From positions 14,136,001 to 14,200,000 of the forward strand of contig JBHGNT010000015.1 in NCBI GenBank assembly GCA_043228905.1: DNA of 64,000 nt. The letters are read 5' to 3'. This DNA is from Azolla caroliniana (lineage: Eukaryota; Plantae; Polypodiophyta). A model generated the notes under the pieces. That model saw nothing but the letters and a program-made list of their open reading frames with translations. It was not told the origin of the DNA and did not search any database. This document shows, one piece after another, positions 1 to 12,552 of the stretch (positions within the stretch are counted from its first letter, which is position 1; each line of letters begins with the position of its first letter). Made by a program: the position numbers and the translations under genes.

Positions 1-1219
1 CGCGTGCTACCTCGAGTATTTCCCGATTCTTCCTTTCGGCTACTCCATTTTGTTGGGGTCTATGCCGGCACGAAAATTCTCTCCGAATGCCTTCACTTTG
101 GAGGTACGAGGTGAATTCATCGGAGAAGTACTCTTTGCCTCCATCCGATCGTAGGCATCTAATGTTCCAACCGGTTTCTTTTTCGACTTGGCCCTTGAGC
201 TTTTGGAAGTGGGAGAACACTTCGCTCTTCTTCTTCATCGGGAAGATCCATGTGTAGCGTGAGTAGTCGTCGATGAAGGTGACGTAGTATCGGCATTCGC
301 CGATCGTCGGCTTTTGAGTCGGTCCTCATACATCCGAATGTATGACGTCAAGGAGGCCTTTGCTTGCGGAGCTCTCCTTCAGGAATGGGAGTCGATATTG
401 TTTGTCGAGTTGACATGCTTCGCATACTCGGTCAATTCGAATGTCGGAAGTCCGATGAAGACTCCCTTTGATTGCATAGCTCGGGGCCGTTGGAGGTTTA
501 TGTGGCTGATTCTTTTGTTCCACAACTCGATGTTCATCTCATTTTTGAGACCTTTGGCCTACATGGCTGATTTCACCTCGTTCGAATCGAGGATGAACAT
601 TCGACCGTCTCTCCGTCCCTTGGCTATGACTCGGCCATCTCTCTCGATGAACCAACCTTCGTTATTGAAGCGGACTTGCATGCCTTGCTCCAGAATTTGG
701 ACAATCTAGACGAAATTCTTCGTTACTGTGAGCACGTGCAAGACATTCTTGATGCCAGTTTTCTCGCCTTCTTTCCCGAATGGGACATTGCCGATGTGCC
801 AAATGGGATGTGTGGTGTTATCTCCCGTCTCTATGAAGCCAAGTCAGTCCAGTGTTCATAAGTCACGAAACCACACTTGGTGTGACGTCATATGTGTGAG
901 GCACCGGAATTGACGAACCACACATCTTCTGAATTAGAGGCACTTGCGCAGTCAGAAGCCGACATAGAGTTCGCTCTATGCCTGATTATGAGTAGTCCGT
1001 CGTAGTTGTCGTATTCGGAGTTGGTGGCGTAATTCGTGAGTTGTCAATTTGTTGAATCCGACTCACTTCTTCTTTTTCAGCACTCCTCATGGTGGCCGAT
1101 TTTTCCGCAATAGTTGCAAGTGGCGGGCCTCATTTGCCGACCTTGTTTGGCATGGAAGCTCCCCCTTCTTCCGAAGGTTCCTCGATGGCTTCCATGAAGG
1201 TTGGAGTTCCCTTCGTGTG
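1..1219 (-). pseudogene. Degenerate Ty1/Copia gag-pol fragment (Copia X): zinc knuckle, protease, GAG-pre-integrase, start of integrase
   Basis: Minus-strand peptides CNYCGKIGHHEEC (CCHC) and VCEACQLDKQYRLPF...LLDVIHSDV; frameshifted; continues at 5371-5734 once Copia A is removed. Confidence 0.85.
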
Positions 1220-2096
1220 TGTTGGGAGACAGGTCCCTCCGGATGGAAGAGAGTAGAACAGTGCCGATGAACAAACTAGGCCGAGGCCGATACGCCGAGG
1301 CCGAAACCTGATGGGGAGTACTCGGCTACGGAGAGCGGGATGGTGCAAACCCGGTGAGAACCGGATGAGGAGTACCCGGCTACGGAGAGCCAGATGGTGC
1401 AAACCCGGTGAGAACCAGATGAGGAGTACCCGGCTACGGAGAGCTGGATGGTGCAGACCCGATGAGAACCAGATGAGGAGTACCCCGCTACGGAGAGCCG
1501 GATGGTGCAGACCCGGTGGAAACCGGATGAGGAGTACCCGGCGACGGAGAGTGAGATGGTGCAAACCCGGTGAGAACCGGATGAGGAGTACCCGGCTACG
1601 GAGAGCCGGATGGTGCAAACCCGGTGAGGAATGCTCACCGGATGAAGAGACATATTCGTAAATATGTTTCTGAGAGTCCATCGAGGCTATATTTGTAAAT
1701 AGCCGAAAAGTCATATTAGTATAAATATGACATAGGGCAAACTTTTAGTTACTGTTGTTGTCATTTCTTGTTGGTGCAAGGAGAGAGAGAGCGCATAACT
1801 GTGTACAGAGAGAGAGAGAGAGAAAGAGGTCGTTGCCTCTGTTGTAACCGCCGTCTGTGGCGAGGATCGTGAGCACGAGGTCGTTGCCTTCGTGAACTCA
1901 CTGTTGTACATTCTAACATAGTGATAGTTTGCAGCCTGTGGGTTGCCGTGGTTTTTCCCCTTAGTTTGGGTTTTCCACGTAAACATCCTGCGTACTCGTC
2001 TCTTCTTCGTGTCGTTCATTATTTCCGTTTTCTGTGTGTGATTCTAAGCTCGGTTGTGGCCGAGCGTTGCGTATAAGGAGCCTTGAGTTCTCGTCA
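1220..2096 (+). repeat. 5' LTR of Copia A (877 bp)
   Basis: Starts TGTTGGGAGA, ends CGTCA; matches 4855-5365; TATAAATA near 1720. Confidence 0.9.
1304..1628 (+). repeat. 54-bp tandem array (6 copies) in U3 of the Copia A 5' LTR
   Basis: Unit GAACCGGATGAGGAGTACCCGGCTACGGAGAGCCGGATGGTGCAAACCCGGTGA; period 54 (1351 to 1405); only 2 copies in the 3' LTR. Confidence 0.95.
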
Positions 2097-4844
2097 GTGA
2101 GTTGTGGCACAAGAGGCTGTGTCACATGAGCGAGAAGGTGATGAAGAGGCTTGCAGACGACAATCTCATTCCAGTGAAGAACGTGCACTTGGAGAAGTGC
2201 ACTGATTGTCTGGCCGGTAAGCAAAACCGGACCTCCTTCCGACCAAGGCCACCGATGAGACGTAATGAGCCACTAGAGTTGGTGCATACGGATGTGTGTC
2301 AAGTAGACACGAAGTCACATGCCGGAGCGCAGTACTTCGTGACGTTCATAGATGACCACAGCCGGAAGCTATGGGCCACACCGTTGAAGACGAAGGATCA
2401 GGAGCTATCCGTCTTCAAAGAGCTCCACGCGAGAGTGCAAAGAGAAACCGGACGGAAGCTGAAGGCGGTTTGAGCAGATAACGGAGGAGAATACCAGGGG
2501 CAGTTCAAGGAGTATTGCCGCTCGAAGGGAATCCGGCTCGAATTTACCGTGCCGAAGATGCCGGAACTAAACGGACTGGCCGAGAGGATGAACCGGACCA
2601 TAATGGAGAGGGTCCAAAGTATGCTAGCGCATGCAAAACTACCCAAGAAGTTTTGGGCTGAGGCATTGTCGACGACGACATATGTGATAAATAGATCACC
2701 CTCAGTACCCTTGGACGGAGACACGCCACAGAGAGTATGGACCGGTAAGGAAGTATCCTACCGGCATCTGAAGGTGTTCGGGTGTCTCGCGTACGTGCAT
2801 GTAGCTAGGGACCGGAGAGGAAAGGTGGATCCAAAGACCGGCCATGCATATTCCTCGGTTATGGCGGCGATGAGTTCGGCTATCGAGTGTAGGACCTGGT
2901 CGACAAGAAGGTATTCCGGAGTCGAGATATTATCTTCATGGAGGACAAGACGCTCGCCGACTGGGAGTCAGAGAAGAAGATAATGAACTCTGAGTCGACT
3001 GGTAAGGATCGACTCTCTGACGAGCAAACCCAACCGGCAAGAGACCGGTTAGCACTCGAAGCACCAGCCGGTTACGCTGAGGATATTGAACAGGCTGAAG
3101 AAGAAGTAGAGGAAGTTGAAACCGAAACCGGCCAAGACCCCGAATCAGATTCGGATGAAGAGCAAATGGAGGAGCCGGTTACCGAAGCCCGAAGACGGAG
3201 ATATTCTCTCAGAGAGAGAAGGGCGGCTCGAAGATTTCCGGATGCAGAGCATGTTCTGCTGACCGATGAGGGGGAACCGGAAAGCTTCTAAGAAGCGAAG
3301 GATGACACCCACAGCCGCAAATGGTTAACTGCCATGCAGGATGAGATGGATTCCCTGCATGAGAACCATACATACGAATTGGTGGAATTGCCGAAAGGAA
3401 AGCGGGCACTACGAAACAAGTGGGTGTACAAGTTGAAACCGGGAGATGCCGGCAACCCCCCAAGATACAAAGACAGGATCGTGGTGAAGGGGTTCCAGCA
3501 GAAAAAGGGCGTGGACTTTGACGAGATATTTGCCCTGGTAGTAAAGATGACCTCCATTCGGACGGTGCTGAGTATAGCGGCAAGCATGGACCTCGAGGTA
3601 GAACAGCTGGACATGAAGACCACATTCCTTCACGGCGACCTCGAAGAGGAAATCTACATGCAGCAATTGGAGGGATTTGTGGAGAAAGGGAAGGAGCACC
3701 TGGTATGCCGGCTGAAGAAGAGCCTGTACGGACTAAAGCAGGCTCCCCGACAATGGTACCGGAAGTTCGATTCCTTCATGGCCGATCAAGGGTACCACAA
3801 GACGCAGGCCGATCACTGCGTGTTTGTGAAGAAGTTCGAAGGAGGCGACTTCCTGATACTCCTTCTGTACGTGGATGACATGTTGATCGTCGGACGGGAC
3901 CAAGTCAAAATACGGATGCTGAAGAAGGCTCTCAATCGGACCTTCTCAATGAAAGACTTGGGTCCGGCAAGACAGATGTTGGGGATGCATATTATCCGGA
4001 ACCGGTCACTGAAGCAATTATGGCTGTCACGGGAGAAGTACGTGACAAAGGTGCTTCACCGGTTCAACATGTCAGATGCGAAACCGGTCGGATCGACACT
4101 TCCGGCAAACTACAGGTTATATGGTAACCAAAGCGCGAAGACGAAAGCAGAGAAGGCGGATATGATGAAAATTCCATATGCCTCTGCCGTCGGGAGCTTA
4201 ATGTACGCAATGGTGTGTACTCGACCGGATATAGGATACGCAGTCGAAGTGGTGAGCCGGTTCATGAGCAATCCCTGCAAGGAGCACTGGAACGCGGTCA
4301 AATGGATACTCCGGTATTTGAAGGGCACTTCAAATATGTGTCTCCGATTCGGCTCCGGAAAACCTCAACTTGACGGTTTCACTGATTCGGACATGTCGGT
4401 TGATGTGGATACTAGCCGGTCTACATCTGGGTATGTAATGACATATGTAGGGGGAGATGATTCGTGCAGTCGAGGCTGCAGAAGACGGTTGCATTGTCAA
4501 CCACAGAGGCGGAGAAGATGGCGGTTGTGGATGTTGGCAAGGAAATATTATGGATGAAGGACTTCATCGGAGAGCTCGGTATCCGGCAAGATGAATACCG
4601 ACTCTATTGCGACAGTCAAAGTGCCATCCATCTTGCTAAGAATGCGGCCTACCATTCCCGGACGAAGCATATCCAACGAAGGTATCACTGGATCCGGGAA
4701 AGAGTAGATGACCAGGAGTTCGCGCTGACGAAGATCCACACGACCGAGAATGGGTCAGATATGCTGAACAAAGTGTTGATACCGGACAAGCTGGATGCAT
4801 GCCGGAAGCGGATTGGACTAGTAAGACACCCCATGCTGGAGTGA
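2097..4844 (+). pseudogene. pol: Copia A pol remnant (pre-integrase, integrase, RT, RNase H)
   Basis: WHKRLCH, LVHTDVC, NGLAERMNR, YGLKQAPRQW, YVDD, HSRTKHI motifs; several stops and frameshifts. Confidence 0.95.
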
Positions 4845-4854
4845 AGGGGGAGTT

Positions 4855-5365
4855 TGTTGGGAGATAGGTCCCTCCGGATGGAAGAGAGAAGAACAGAAAC
4901 CGGATGAGGAGTACCCGGCTACGGAGAGCCGGATGGTGCAGACCCGGTGAGAACCGGATGAGGAGTACCTGGCTACGGAGAGCCGGATGGTGCAGACCTG
5001 GTGAGGAATGCTCACTGTTCCGGCTCGTTATCATTTCTTGTTGGTGCAAGGAGAGAGAGAGCGCGTAACTGTGTACAGAGGGAGAGAGAGAAAGAGGTCG
5101 TTGCCTCTGTTGTAACCGCCGCCTGTGGCGAGGATCGTGAGCACGAGGTCGTTGCCTCCGTGAACTCACTGTTGTACATTCTAACATAGTGATAGTTTGC
5201 AGCCTGTGGGCTGCCGTGGTTTTTCCCCTTAGTTTGGGTTTTCCATGTAAACATCCTGCGTACTCGTCTCTTCTTCATGTCGTTCATTATTTCCCATTTT
5301 CTGTGTGTGATTCTAAGCTCGGTTGTGGCCGAGCGTTCCGTATAAGGAGACTTGAGTTCCCGTCA
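4855..5365 (+). repeat. 3' LTR of Copia A (511 bp)
   Basis: Follows the PPT; homologous to 1220-2096 but has 2 repeat units and lacks the TATA-containing segment. Confidence 0.9.
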
Positions 5366-5370
5366 GTGTG

Positions 5371-5734
5371 ATGGGCTGAATGGACCTCTTCTACCACCAT
5401 GACCTCATCCTCGGCTATCGTCCGAACTTGAGAAGAACATTTGTCCTTCCGACGTCTTCGTCTTGGTTTGGACGTGGTTGTCTTCGACCAATAACATTGA
5501 TTGGAGGTCGAAGAATGAAGAAGCGTTTTCCCTTGCCAAGGTTGCCATCCATATTGGATCAAATTGTTGTGCGATGCCGCCCAAGCATACTTGAACCATC
5601 TCATCTTCATCGACATTTATGTTGACGGAACCAAGAGAGTTGTAAATGCTCTTGATTTTGGCATATCGTTTTGCCGAATGTTGTTCAACTCTTGTCAGAG
5701 TTGAAGCTTTCAGGCGGTCATGTTGGTGGCGAAT
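5371..5734 (-). pseudogene. gag: Copia X gag, middle part
   Basis: EDEMVQVCLGG...SSFFDLQSMLLVEDNH aligns with Copia C gag (EGEMVQVCLGG...PSFFELQSMLLVEENH). Confidence 0.85.
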
Positions 5735-5812
5735 TGTCACGAATGAACAATTGGAAGATAAAGAGATGGGGAAGTTGATGACAATGAGTAAGAATATCTA
5801 TTCCTTGACTGG
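5735..5812 (-). repeat. Distal part of the 3' LTR of the Tcn1-like chromovirus (split by Gypsy B)
   Basis: Ends GTGACA on the minus strand exactly where Copia X gag homology resumes; joins 15910-16188 across the Gypsy B TSD. Confidence 0.7.
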
Positions 5813-6202
5813 TGTTGGCCGGTCAGAAGAGCAAGGACAAGTGGGAAGGCGGAGTCAGATCGAATAATAGGAAGTAAATAATAGTAGAATTATTATTCGG
5901 AGGGACGGATCCGGTTCAGTTGTACCGATCCGGATCCGGACCGATTCGGATGTCGGTTGCCTAAGCGCACCGATTGTAACCTTGCCGGATGCCTATAAAA
6001 GGATCCGATGATTTGTAAAGGGTTTGACGGAAGTAATACAAAAGTAATTATTGCGTGTTTATCTGTATCTTCGTATTGTTTACCGTCTGTGCTTAACTGT
6101 AATCATCTTACGCGTGTAACCTAGCATCCAATCCTTACCACCCCTTTGGAGAAGTGTCGGATAGACACCTGTGTTGAGGCTAGTCCGGCCAGGCAGACAA
6201 CA
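5813..6202 (+). repeat. 5' LTR of Gypsy B
   Basis: TGTTGG...ACAACA, CTATAAAA box near 5993; about 98% identical to 15520-15909. Confidence 0.95.
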
Positions 6203-6208
6203 CTATTT

Positions 6209-6218
6209 TGGCGACCAC
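6209..6218 (+). promoter_or_regulatory. Primer binding site, probably tRNA-Arg(UCG)
   Basis: TGGCGACCAC is complementary to the GUGGUCG-CCA 3' end of plant tRNA-Arg(UCG) (recalled sequence, only 10 nt). Confidence 0.55.
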
Positions 6219-6254
6219 GATTCCTGCAAAGTGCAGAGGACAACCGGGGGATGG

Positions 6255-8696
6255 ATGTCTAGACCAAACGACGACCACATCACCGAACGAGAGAGACGAT
6301 ACACCGAACGCGAGCAACGACGGGAAGCCCTGCAGCAAGCCGTCAACGGGATCCGGCGGGATCGTTCATTCTCCAAAACTCTTCGGAGAGTCGCAGAAGA
6401 AGCACTGCAGTTCCGGGTTCTGCAAATCCCCGACGAAGGCAGTAGCATAACAAGCTTGCAAGAGGCGGAAACGATACTACAGACGCTCGTTGGGGGCGAC
6501 GGGGACTCGGAAGCATTCGCAACACTTGAGGCGGAGTCGGAAAGCGACGGAAGCGTTGCGTCCCGGTATAAAAGCAGCCACGACACACCAAACGACCTGG
6601 GGGAAGAGGGGTCGGAAGACTCAGTAACACCGGAGCCAGAGGAAGAAATAACCTTGGAGTTCGGTGACCGGCAATCGCTGAGGGAGGCTGACCGGATACC
6701 GACAACACCCGCGAAGGAACCGAAGGAGCGGATACCGACAACACCCGCGAAGGAACCGAAGGAGCGGATACCGACAACACCCGCGGAGGAACCAAAGGAC
6801 CGGACACCGGCAACACCCGCGGAGGAACTGAAGGAGCGGATACCGGGGATACCGGCACCAACCGCGGAGGAACCAAGGGTTCTCACACCGACTCCAACAG
6901 CGGACAGAAAGCAGGAGAGTCAGTTGGACGACACGATGCCGTACCCATACCCAAAGTACCGGGATGAGCCCGACGCGGAGGCACACGTGTACGCATTCCT
7001 CCAAACATGGGAAGCCAACCATGTCTCCCAAAGACTGACGGAGCCCGAAGCCAAACGATCCAAAGTCGCCGAATTCAGCATAACCTTAGAAGGACCGGCG
7101 GCCCGATGGCACGCAAAGCACTTACCGGGCAGCTTTGCCACATTCGATGCCTTGAAGGCCAGATTCCTCAGGCTTTTTCACAGACAATTTGAGCAAAGGG
7201 AATTGGTCAGGCAGTTCTACACCACCCGGCAGGAAGAGAACGAGACTGTGCCACAATTCATCATTCGGTTTCTGACCCTGCACAACCAACTGACAAGAGC
7301 ACCACCCAAAGACGAAGCCAAAGCAGTCTTTTTGGCCGCGCTGAAAGAGCCACTTCGAACAATGTGCGGAGTCCTTGATTTCCAAACCAGCACAATGGAC
7401 CAAGTTATTGATCGGGTTTTAGAAATGGACAAGACTAGCCCCTTCTTGTCGATGGGGATGTTACACCGGACACTCCCGAAGGAGGAAGACCTGAGGTTCC
7501 GACAGGCCTTACAATGCACAACATGCCTAAATTCGGGGCACTCAACAGTAGACTACACCCTGCGGACACAATGTATGATCTGCAACTCTCGAGCCCATAC
7601 AACGGACCGATGCGAATATAACCTGTTAAATCGGCAGGCAGCACCGGTTGGACACATAGAACCGCGCAATCAGAACCCGGACGAGGATCGATTCCGGAGA
7701 GACGACCGCTACCAACGCGAACGCGGTAACAGATACGCTGATAGAAGACGCGATAATTATGACCGAGAGGAGAGACGCAGAGATAGCTACCCCCGGGACC
7801 GGTACGACCGAGACGAATCCCCGGAATACGAACGACGCAGAGAAGAGAGGCGACAAGGGAACCGAAATTTCCGACGGAATCAGAAGCGTGGATTTTTCCG
7901 AAGAGAGGAACGTCGGGAGGCAGCGAGGAATGACAACCCGGTATCGGTACCGGATAACCGAAAAACCGAAGACGACCGCCGAAGCATACCCACCCTCCAA
8001 ACCGGGGACAAAGGAGAAACGAGCAACAGTCACAAGGTGTACTGTTATTACTGTCGTAAGGAAGGCCACTATAGTAACCAATGCCCAAGAAAAACCAATG
8101 ACAAGCAGCCGGAAGTCAACATGGTTACAGCCGAAATAACAGAAGTACAGCAGGTCACAACCCGGTCAAAGGGAAAGACCGCCGAGTGGGAAGCCCAGGA
8201 GGCAATCAGAAAACAAGCGGTGCAATGGATCAAGGAGGCCAATGAACAGAATGCGGCAGAAGTAAGAGACCAAAATATGCCAAAAGACGAAGAAATCATA
8301 CAGCCAGGAGAAAACCCGACGTGGCAAGCGCTACAGGACTGTCAAATCGTGCTGCCGTTAGCACAACTACTACAGTTGGTGCCACGGTTTACGGCAGACT
8401 TACAGGCATCCGTGAGCAAACCGAAGCCGACGCCAGCACCGGCATTCTTCTCCAACCCGGAGGAAGGACCAGCGGTGGTCGATACAAGTAGCCCGGCGAT
8501 CACGGCAATCGTGAAAGGAAAGGAAATTGCTGGAACGATTATTGACGGAGGCTCCAGGGTAAATGTCATCAGCCGACAGACATGCAACAACCTGGGCATC
8601 CGGGAATGGGAACCATGCCCCTTCTGGTTACGCATGGCAGATACCAGCTCAGTCCGATCGACCGGACTTATCCAGGATTTAGAAGTAACGATCTGA
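6255..8696 (+). CDS. gag: Gypsy B Gag-protease
   Basis: Retrotransposon gag core (LEGPAARW...F..LK..FL..F...QEENETV), CYYCRKEGHYSNQC knuckle, IIDGGS protease motif; ends at a premature TGA, same frame continues into RT. Confidence 0.85.
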   Translation: MSRPNDDHITERERRYTEREQRREALQQAVNGIRRDRSFSKTLRRVAEEALQFRVLQIPDEGSSITSLQEAETILQTLVGGDGDSEAFATLEAESESDGSVASRYKSSHDTPNDLGEEGSEDSVTPEPEEEITLEFGDRQSLREADRIPTTPAKEPKERIPTTPAKEPKERIPTTPAEEPKDRTPATPAEELKERIPGIPAPTAEEPRVLTPTPTADRKQESQLDDTMPYPYPKYRDEPDAEAHVYAFLQTWEANHVSQRLTEPEAKRSKVAEFSITLEGPAARWHAKHLPGSFATFDALKARFLRLFHRQFEQRELVRQFYTTRQEENETVPQFIIRFLTLHNQLTRAPPKDEAKAVFLAALKEPLRTMCGVLDFQTSTMDQVIDRVLEMDKTSPFLSMGMLHRTLPKEEDLRFRQALQCTTCLNSGHSTVDYTLRTQCMICNSRAHTTDRCEYNLLNRQAAPVGHIEPRNQNPDEDRFRRDDRYQRERGNRYADRRRDNYDREERRRDSYPRDRYDRDESPEYERRREERRQGNRNFRRNQKRGFFRREERREAARNDNPVSVPDNRKTEDDRRSIPTLQTGDKGETSNSHKVYCYYCRKEGHYSNQCPRKTNDKQPEVNMVTAEITEVQQVTTRSKGKTAEWEAQEAIRKQAVQWIKEANEQNAAEVRDQNMPKDEEIIQPGENPTWQALQDCQIVLPLAQLLQLVPRFTADLQASVSKPKPTPAPAFFSNPEEGPAVVDTSSPAITAIVKGKEIAGTIIDGGSRVNVISRQTCNNLGIREWEPCPFWLRMADTSSVRSTGLIQDLEVTI
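6693..6870 (+). repeat. 36-bp coding tandem repeat (RIPTTPAKEPKE x4-5) in the gag N-terminus
   Basis: Period 36 nt visible in both DNA and translation. Confidence 0.9.
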
Positions 8697-8882
8697 GGCC
8701 ACGTATTCCGGATATCGGCCGTGGTGCTGCAGCTGAATGTACAAGGCGCGTACCCCCTACTGCTAGGACGACCATGGCTGCGAACGACGCATATCAAGCA
8801 GAATTGGCAGAAGAACATGATCACATTCCGGCGAGGGAAAATAAAGGTACGAGTAACGACGTAACCACGGGAAGCAACTCCA

Positions 8883-11800
8883 TTGTATGCGGAAAGCATT
8901 AACATGTTGGAGGGATTACCGGACGAGGAAGTTGAGCGGTACCTCGAGGAACACCCACGAATCGTCCCACTATTTGAGGTGGATATCACGGCGGCAGTAG
9001 AACCGTACATTACGACACCGGATGAACCGGACCAAGCGGCGATTCGGGAACTGCGACAAGCGCAGGAATCCCTAGAGAGGGAAATGACGATATCCCAGAG
9101 GGTAAAAGCATCCCAACTAGAGGAGGTGGACCTCGGCACAGTAGACAAGCCCCGACCGGTAAATGTTGCAAAGGAATTGCCGAAGGAAGAAAAGAAGGCA
9201 ATGGTAGCATTATTAACAGACTTCAAGGATGTGTTCGCGTGGTCGTACGAAGACATGCGAGGGCTGGACCCCCAGCTCTATCAGCACCAAATTCACCTAA
9301 GTACGGACGCGAAACCGATCGCTCAACGCAGGTACCGGATGAATCCGAATTATGCGGCGAAGGTGAAGGAGGAAATTGATAAGCTCCTCCGGGTCGGATT
9401 TATCCGACCGGTGAAGCAGGCAACTTGGCTGAGTCCGATAGTGGTGGTCCCGAAAAAGAACGGCAAAATCCGGGTATGCGTGGACTATCGCAAACTAAAT
9501 GCCGCAATAGTGATCGATGCATTTCCACTACCATTTACGGACGGGGTGTTAGATGCGGTAGCCGGCCACGAAGTTTACAGCTTCCTGGATGGATTTAGCG
9601 GCTACAACCAAATACGGATGAACCCGGCCGACCAGGAGAAGACATCGTTCGTTACGGAATGGGGCGTGTTCGTCACGGTCGTGATGATGTTCGGACTAAA
9701 GACGGCTCCAACGACCTTTCAAAGGATAGTAATGGAAATTTTCGGGGAATATATCCCTGGTTTTATGCAGGTCTTCCTTGACGATTTCGCGGTCTACAGC
9801 CGGCACAGAGAGCATCTCGATCACCTCCGGCTGTGCTTGGAGAAGTGCCGCGAGTACCGATTGAGCCTGAACCCGGCCAAGTGCGTCTTTGGGGTGGCAA
9901 GCGGCAACTTACTAGGGCACGTGGTGAGTAAGGAAGGAATCGCGGTAGATCCAGATAAAGTCAAGGCGATTCTCGAGGCACCAGCACCAAATAATGCAAA
10001 GGCTTTAAGCCGGTTCCTGGGCCAAATAAGGTGGCATAGCCGGATGATATGGCACCTCGCAGACTTCGCTACACCATTACATACCGCCGTACACAGGGTA
10101 CCCTTCCTATGGGCGGAGACGGAGGAGGAAGCCTACCAAGCGTTGAAGGTTGTGCTGTCGCAAGCTCCGGTGGTACAACCGCCGGATTGGAGTAAAAGCT
10201 TTCACGTCTTCGTCGACCCGTCAGACGTAGCAATCGGCAGCGTTCTGATGCAACTCACGGAGCCGAAATGGTACCGACCGGTGTACTCGCAAGCCGGAAA
10301 CTCTCAAAAGCCGAACGGAATTACTCTACGACGGAACGCGAGGCATTGGGAATGGTGTATAGTGTCACAAAGTACAGGCACTATCTGCTCGGAAGGAAGT
10401 TTTCCTTCCATGTCGACCATTCGGCACTACTCTACCTGGTCTCTAAGGCATCCCTGACGGGAAAAATTGCACGATGGACACTGCTGTTACAGGAATTTGA
10501 ATTGGACATTTTCCACCGACCCGGGGCACAGCATGCGGTAGCGAACTACCTAAGCAGACTCGAATCCGGAGAAGCGGGGGACGGCGTCCAAGATGAGTTC
10601 CCCAACGCCGAGTTGTTCCGGATCACGACGAAACCGGCAACGGATGCAACGGTAGCCGATGAAGACACGTGGCTAACTGAGATGCATCAGTTCCTGAGCA
10701 CCGGAGTTCCCCGGGAGAACATGGACCACGATGAAAGGAGAAGGGTAGCAGTAAGAAGCAGACATTTCTGCTTGGTTGGAGACACCCTCTATCACAAGGG
10801 GGCAGATGGCATCTGGAGACGAGCAGTGTAGAGCGATGAGAAGGATTTAATCCTCAGGGAAGCCCACTGTGGAATTGCCGGCGGGCATTATGCCGGCGAC
10901 GCCACCACTCGGAAAATATGGCAGAGCGGACTGTGGTGGCCCACCACCCTAAAAGATGCCGTGAAGTATAGTAGAGAATGCGATTTGTGTCAACGACTGG
11001 GCCAACCCACGGAGCAGGCCCGGATGCCACACCACCCGGTCTTGCCATTGGAACCGTTTCAAAAGTGGGGTTTGGACTTTGTCGGTCCCTTCAAGCCACC
11101 GGCAATGCGAACCGGAAATCGGTATGTCATAGTGGCGACCGACTATTGCACCAAATGGGTAGAAGCAAAGGCCTTACGGGACAACACGGCCGCGTACACG
11201 GCAAAGTTCCTGTACGAGTGCATATGGTGCCGGTATGGATGCCCGATCGAGCTTATAAGTGACCAAGGAGGACATTTTCTCGGGCAGGTAGTAGAAAGCC
11301 TGACGTCATTTTACGCGGTGGTACATAAAAGGAGTACTCCCTACTACCCTCAAGCCAATGGACTAGCGGAATCAACGAACAAAACTCTGCAGAACATCCT
11401 ACAAAAAATTGTCAACGAGAACCGGACCGACTGGGATACGAAATTGCAAAGCGCGCTATGGGCGTACCGAACAACGTACAAAACCAGCATCCGGACAACC
11501 CCGTTCTGACTAGCATTCGGTTTAGAAGCGGTCATGCCGGTAGAGTTCCATATCCCCAGCTTACGGATTCAGGTAAAGGAGCGCTTAAGTGAGAAGGAGT
11601 CCGAACGAATCCGGCTGGCAACGTTGTTGGAATTAGAAGAAAACCGAATAGCCAACTTACTACAACTCGAACTGGAGCAAAGGAGGAGAAAAGCTTTCGT
11701 GGACCGACACCGGCGTGGCAACGAAAAGGAGTTCGAAGTCGGGAAACCGGTGCTACTATTCCAGACACGGATGGGGAACATGCTGGGAAAGTTGCGGTTT

Positions 11801-12118
11801 CGGTGGACCGGACCGTTCTGGATCACCAAGGAGTACAATGGGTCGTATCAGCTCGGCACGTTGTCTGGAGATGTCATCGGCAAGTGCGCAAATGGGTTTC
11901 GGCTAAAGCCGTATAAGGGAAATATGCCAGCCAACCCGTTCAAGCAAAACCCGGAAATCCGGCAAGATGAGGAACCGACACCGACAGACGCTGCCGAAGA
12001 TATCCGGACCGAGGAAGAGCCAACACCGATACTACCAAAGACTATCCCGGAAAACCGACAGAAGGATCCGGTATCAGCGCGAACCGACCCGAACAAATCG
12101 GGGGGGACCCGAAAATGA
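8883..12118 (+). pseudogene. pol: Gypsy B pol (RT, RNase H, integrase)
   Basis: RVCVDYRKLN, FLDGFSGYNQI, FLDD, ERNYSTTERE, WGLDFVGP, SDQG, PQANGLAE, RWTGPF; frameshift near 10285 and in-frame stops. Confidence 0.95.
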
Positions 12119-12130
12119 CGTGGTCCAAAC

Positions 12131-12170
<40 letters not shown>

Positions 12171-12552
12171 AATAAATGACGTGGGCAAAATCGACGCGAA
12201 TCATAGTAGTGATGGGGAGATCACAAGAGGTGGGAGCGCCACCATGCAACGAAGAGGCGCCATGCATTAAAGAAGGACGTGCGCGTACTTCCTATTTAAA
12301 GCATGGAACGTGGGCACTCACACGCGGCAAGCAAGAAAGGACATACTAATTATGGCGGGAGAGGAACATGCGCAGGAAACAAAAAAGGGCGGCTCGAGGC
12401 AAAAGCCACTATATAAGACACAGGCCTGCGAAGGACTTACGTTTTACGAATTTTCCTACACACAGGCACAGAAGCACAGAAGAGCGATCCGACGCACAAC
12501 ACACACACAACCGGATCCCGAACAACAGACAACAGAAGAAGAATTCGAAACA
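12114..12552 (+). promoter_or_regulatory. Candidate internal Pol II promoter and leader for the extra ORF
   Basis: Four ACGTG(G) G-box-like motifs (about 12118, 12179, 12277, 12308), TATTTAAA at 12293, CTATATAAG at 12409, CA-rich leader, ACAATGG start at 12553. Confidence 0.5.
12131..12176 (+). repeat. (TAAA)n microsatellite between pol and the extra ORF
   Basis: Seen directly; flanked on both sides by AAATGACGTGG. Confidence 0.95.

Larger units (their letters stand above)
1220..5365 (+). mobile_element. Copia A LTR retrotransposon, internally deleted (no PBS, gag or protease)
   Basis: TG...CA LTRs at 1220-2096 and 4855-5365, perfect 5-bp TSD GTGTG (1215-1219 / 5366-5370), PPT GTGAAGGGGGAGTT before the 3' LTR, INT-RT-RH order. 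Confidence 0.95.

Noticed and set aside
1304-1628. CRISPR-like regular repeats and the 116-aa Arg-rich repeat ORF
   Set aside because: Units are head-to-tail with no unique spacers, lie inside an LTR and have no cas genes nearby; ORFs appear in several frames only because 54 is a multiple of 3
6203-9256. Long antisense ORFs over Gypsy B gag-pol (similar ones over D and F)
   Set aside because: Shadow frames of GC-rich coding sequence with no recognisable motifs
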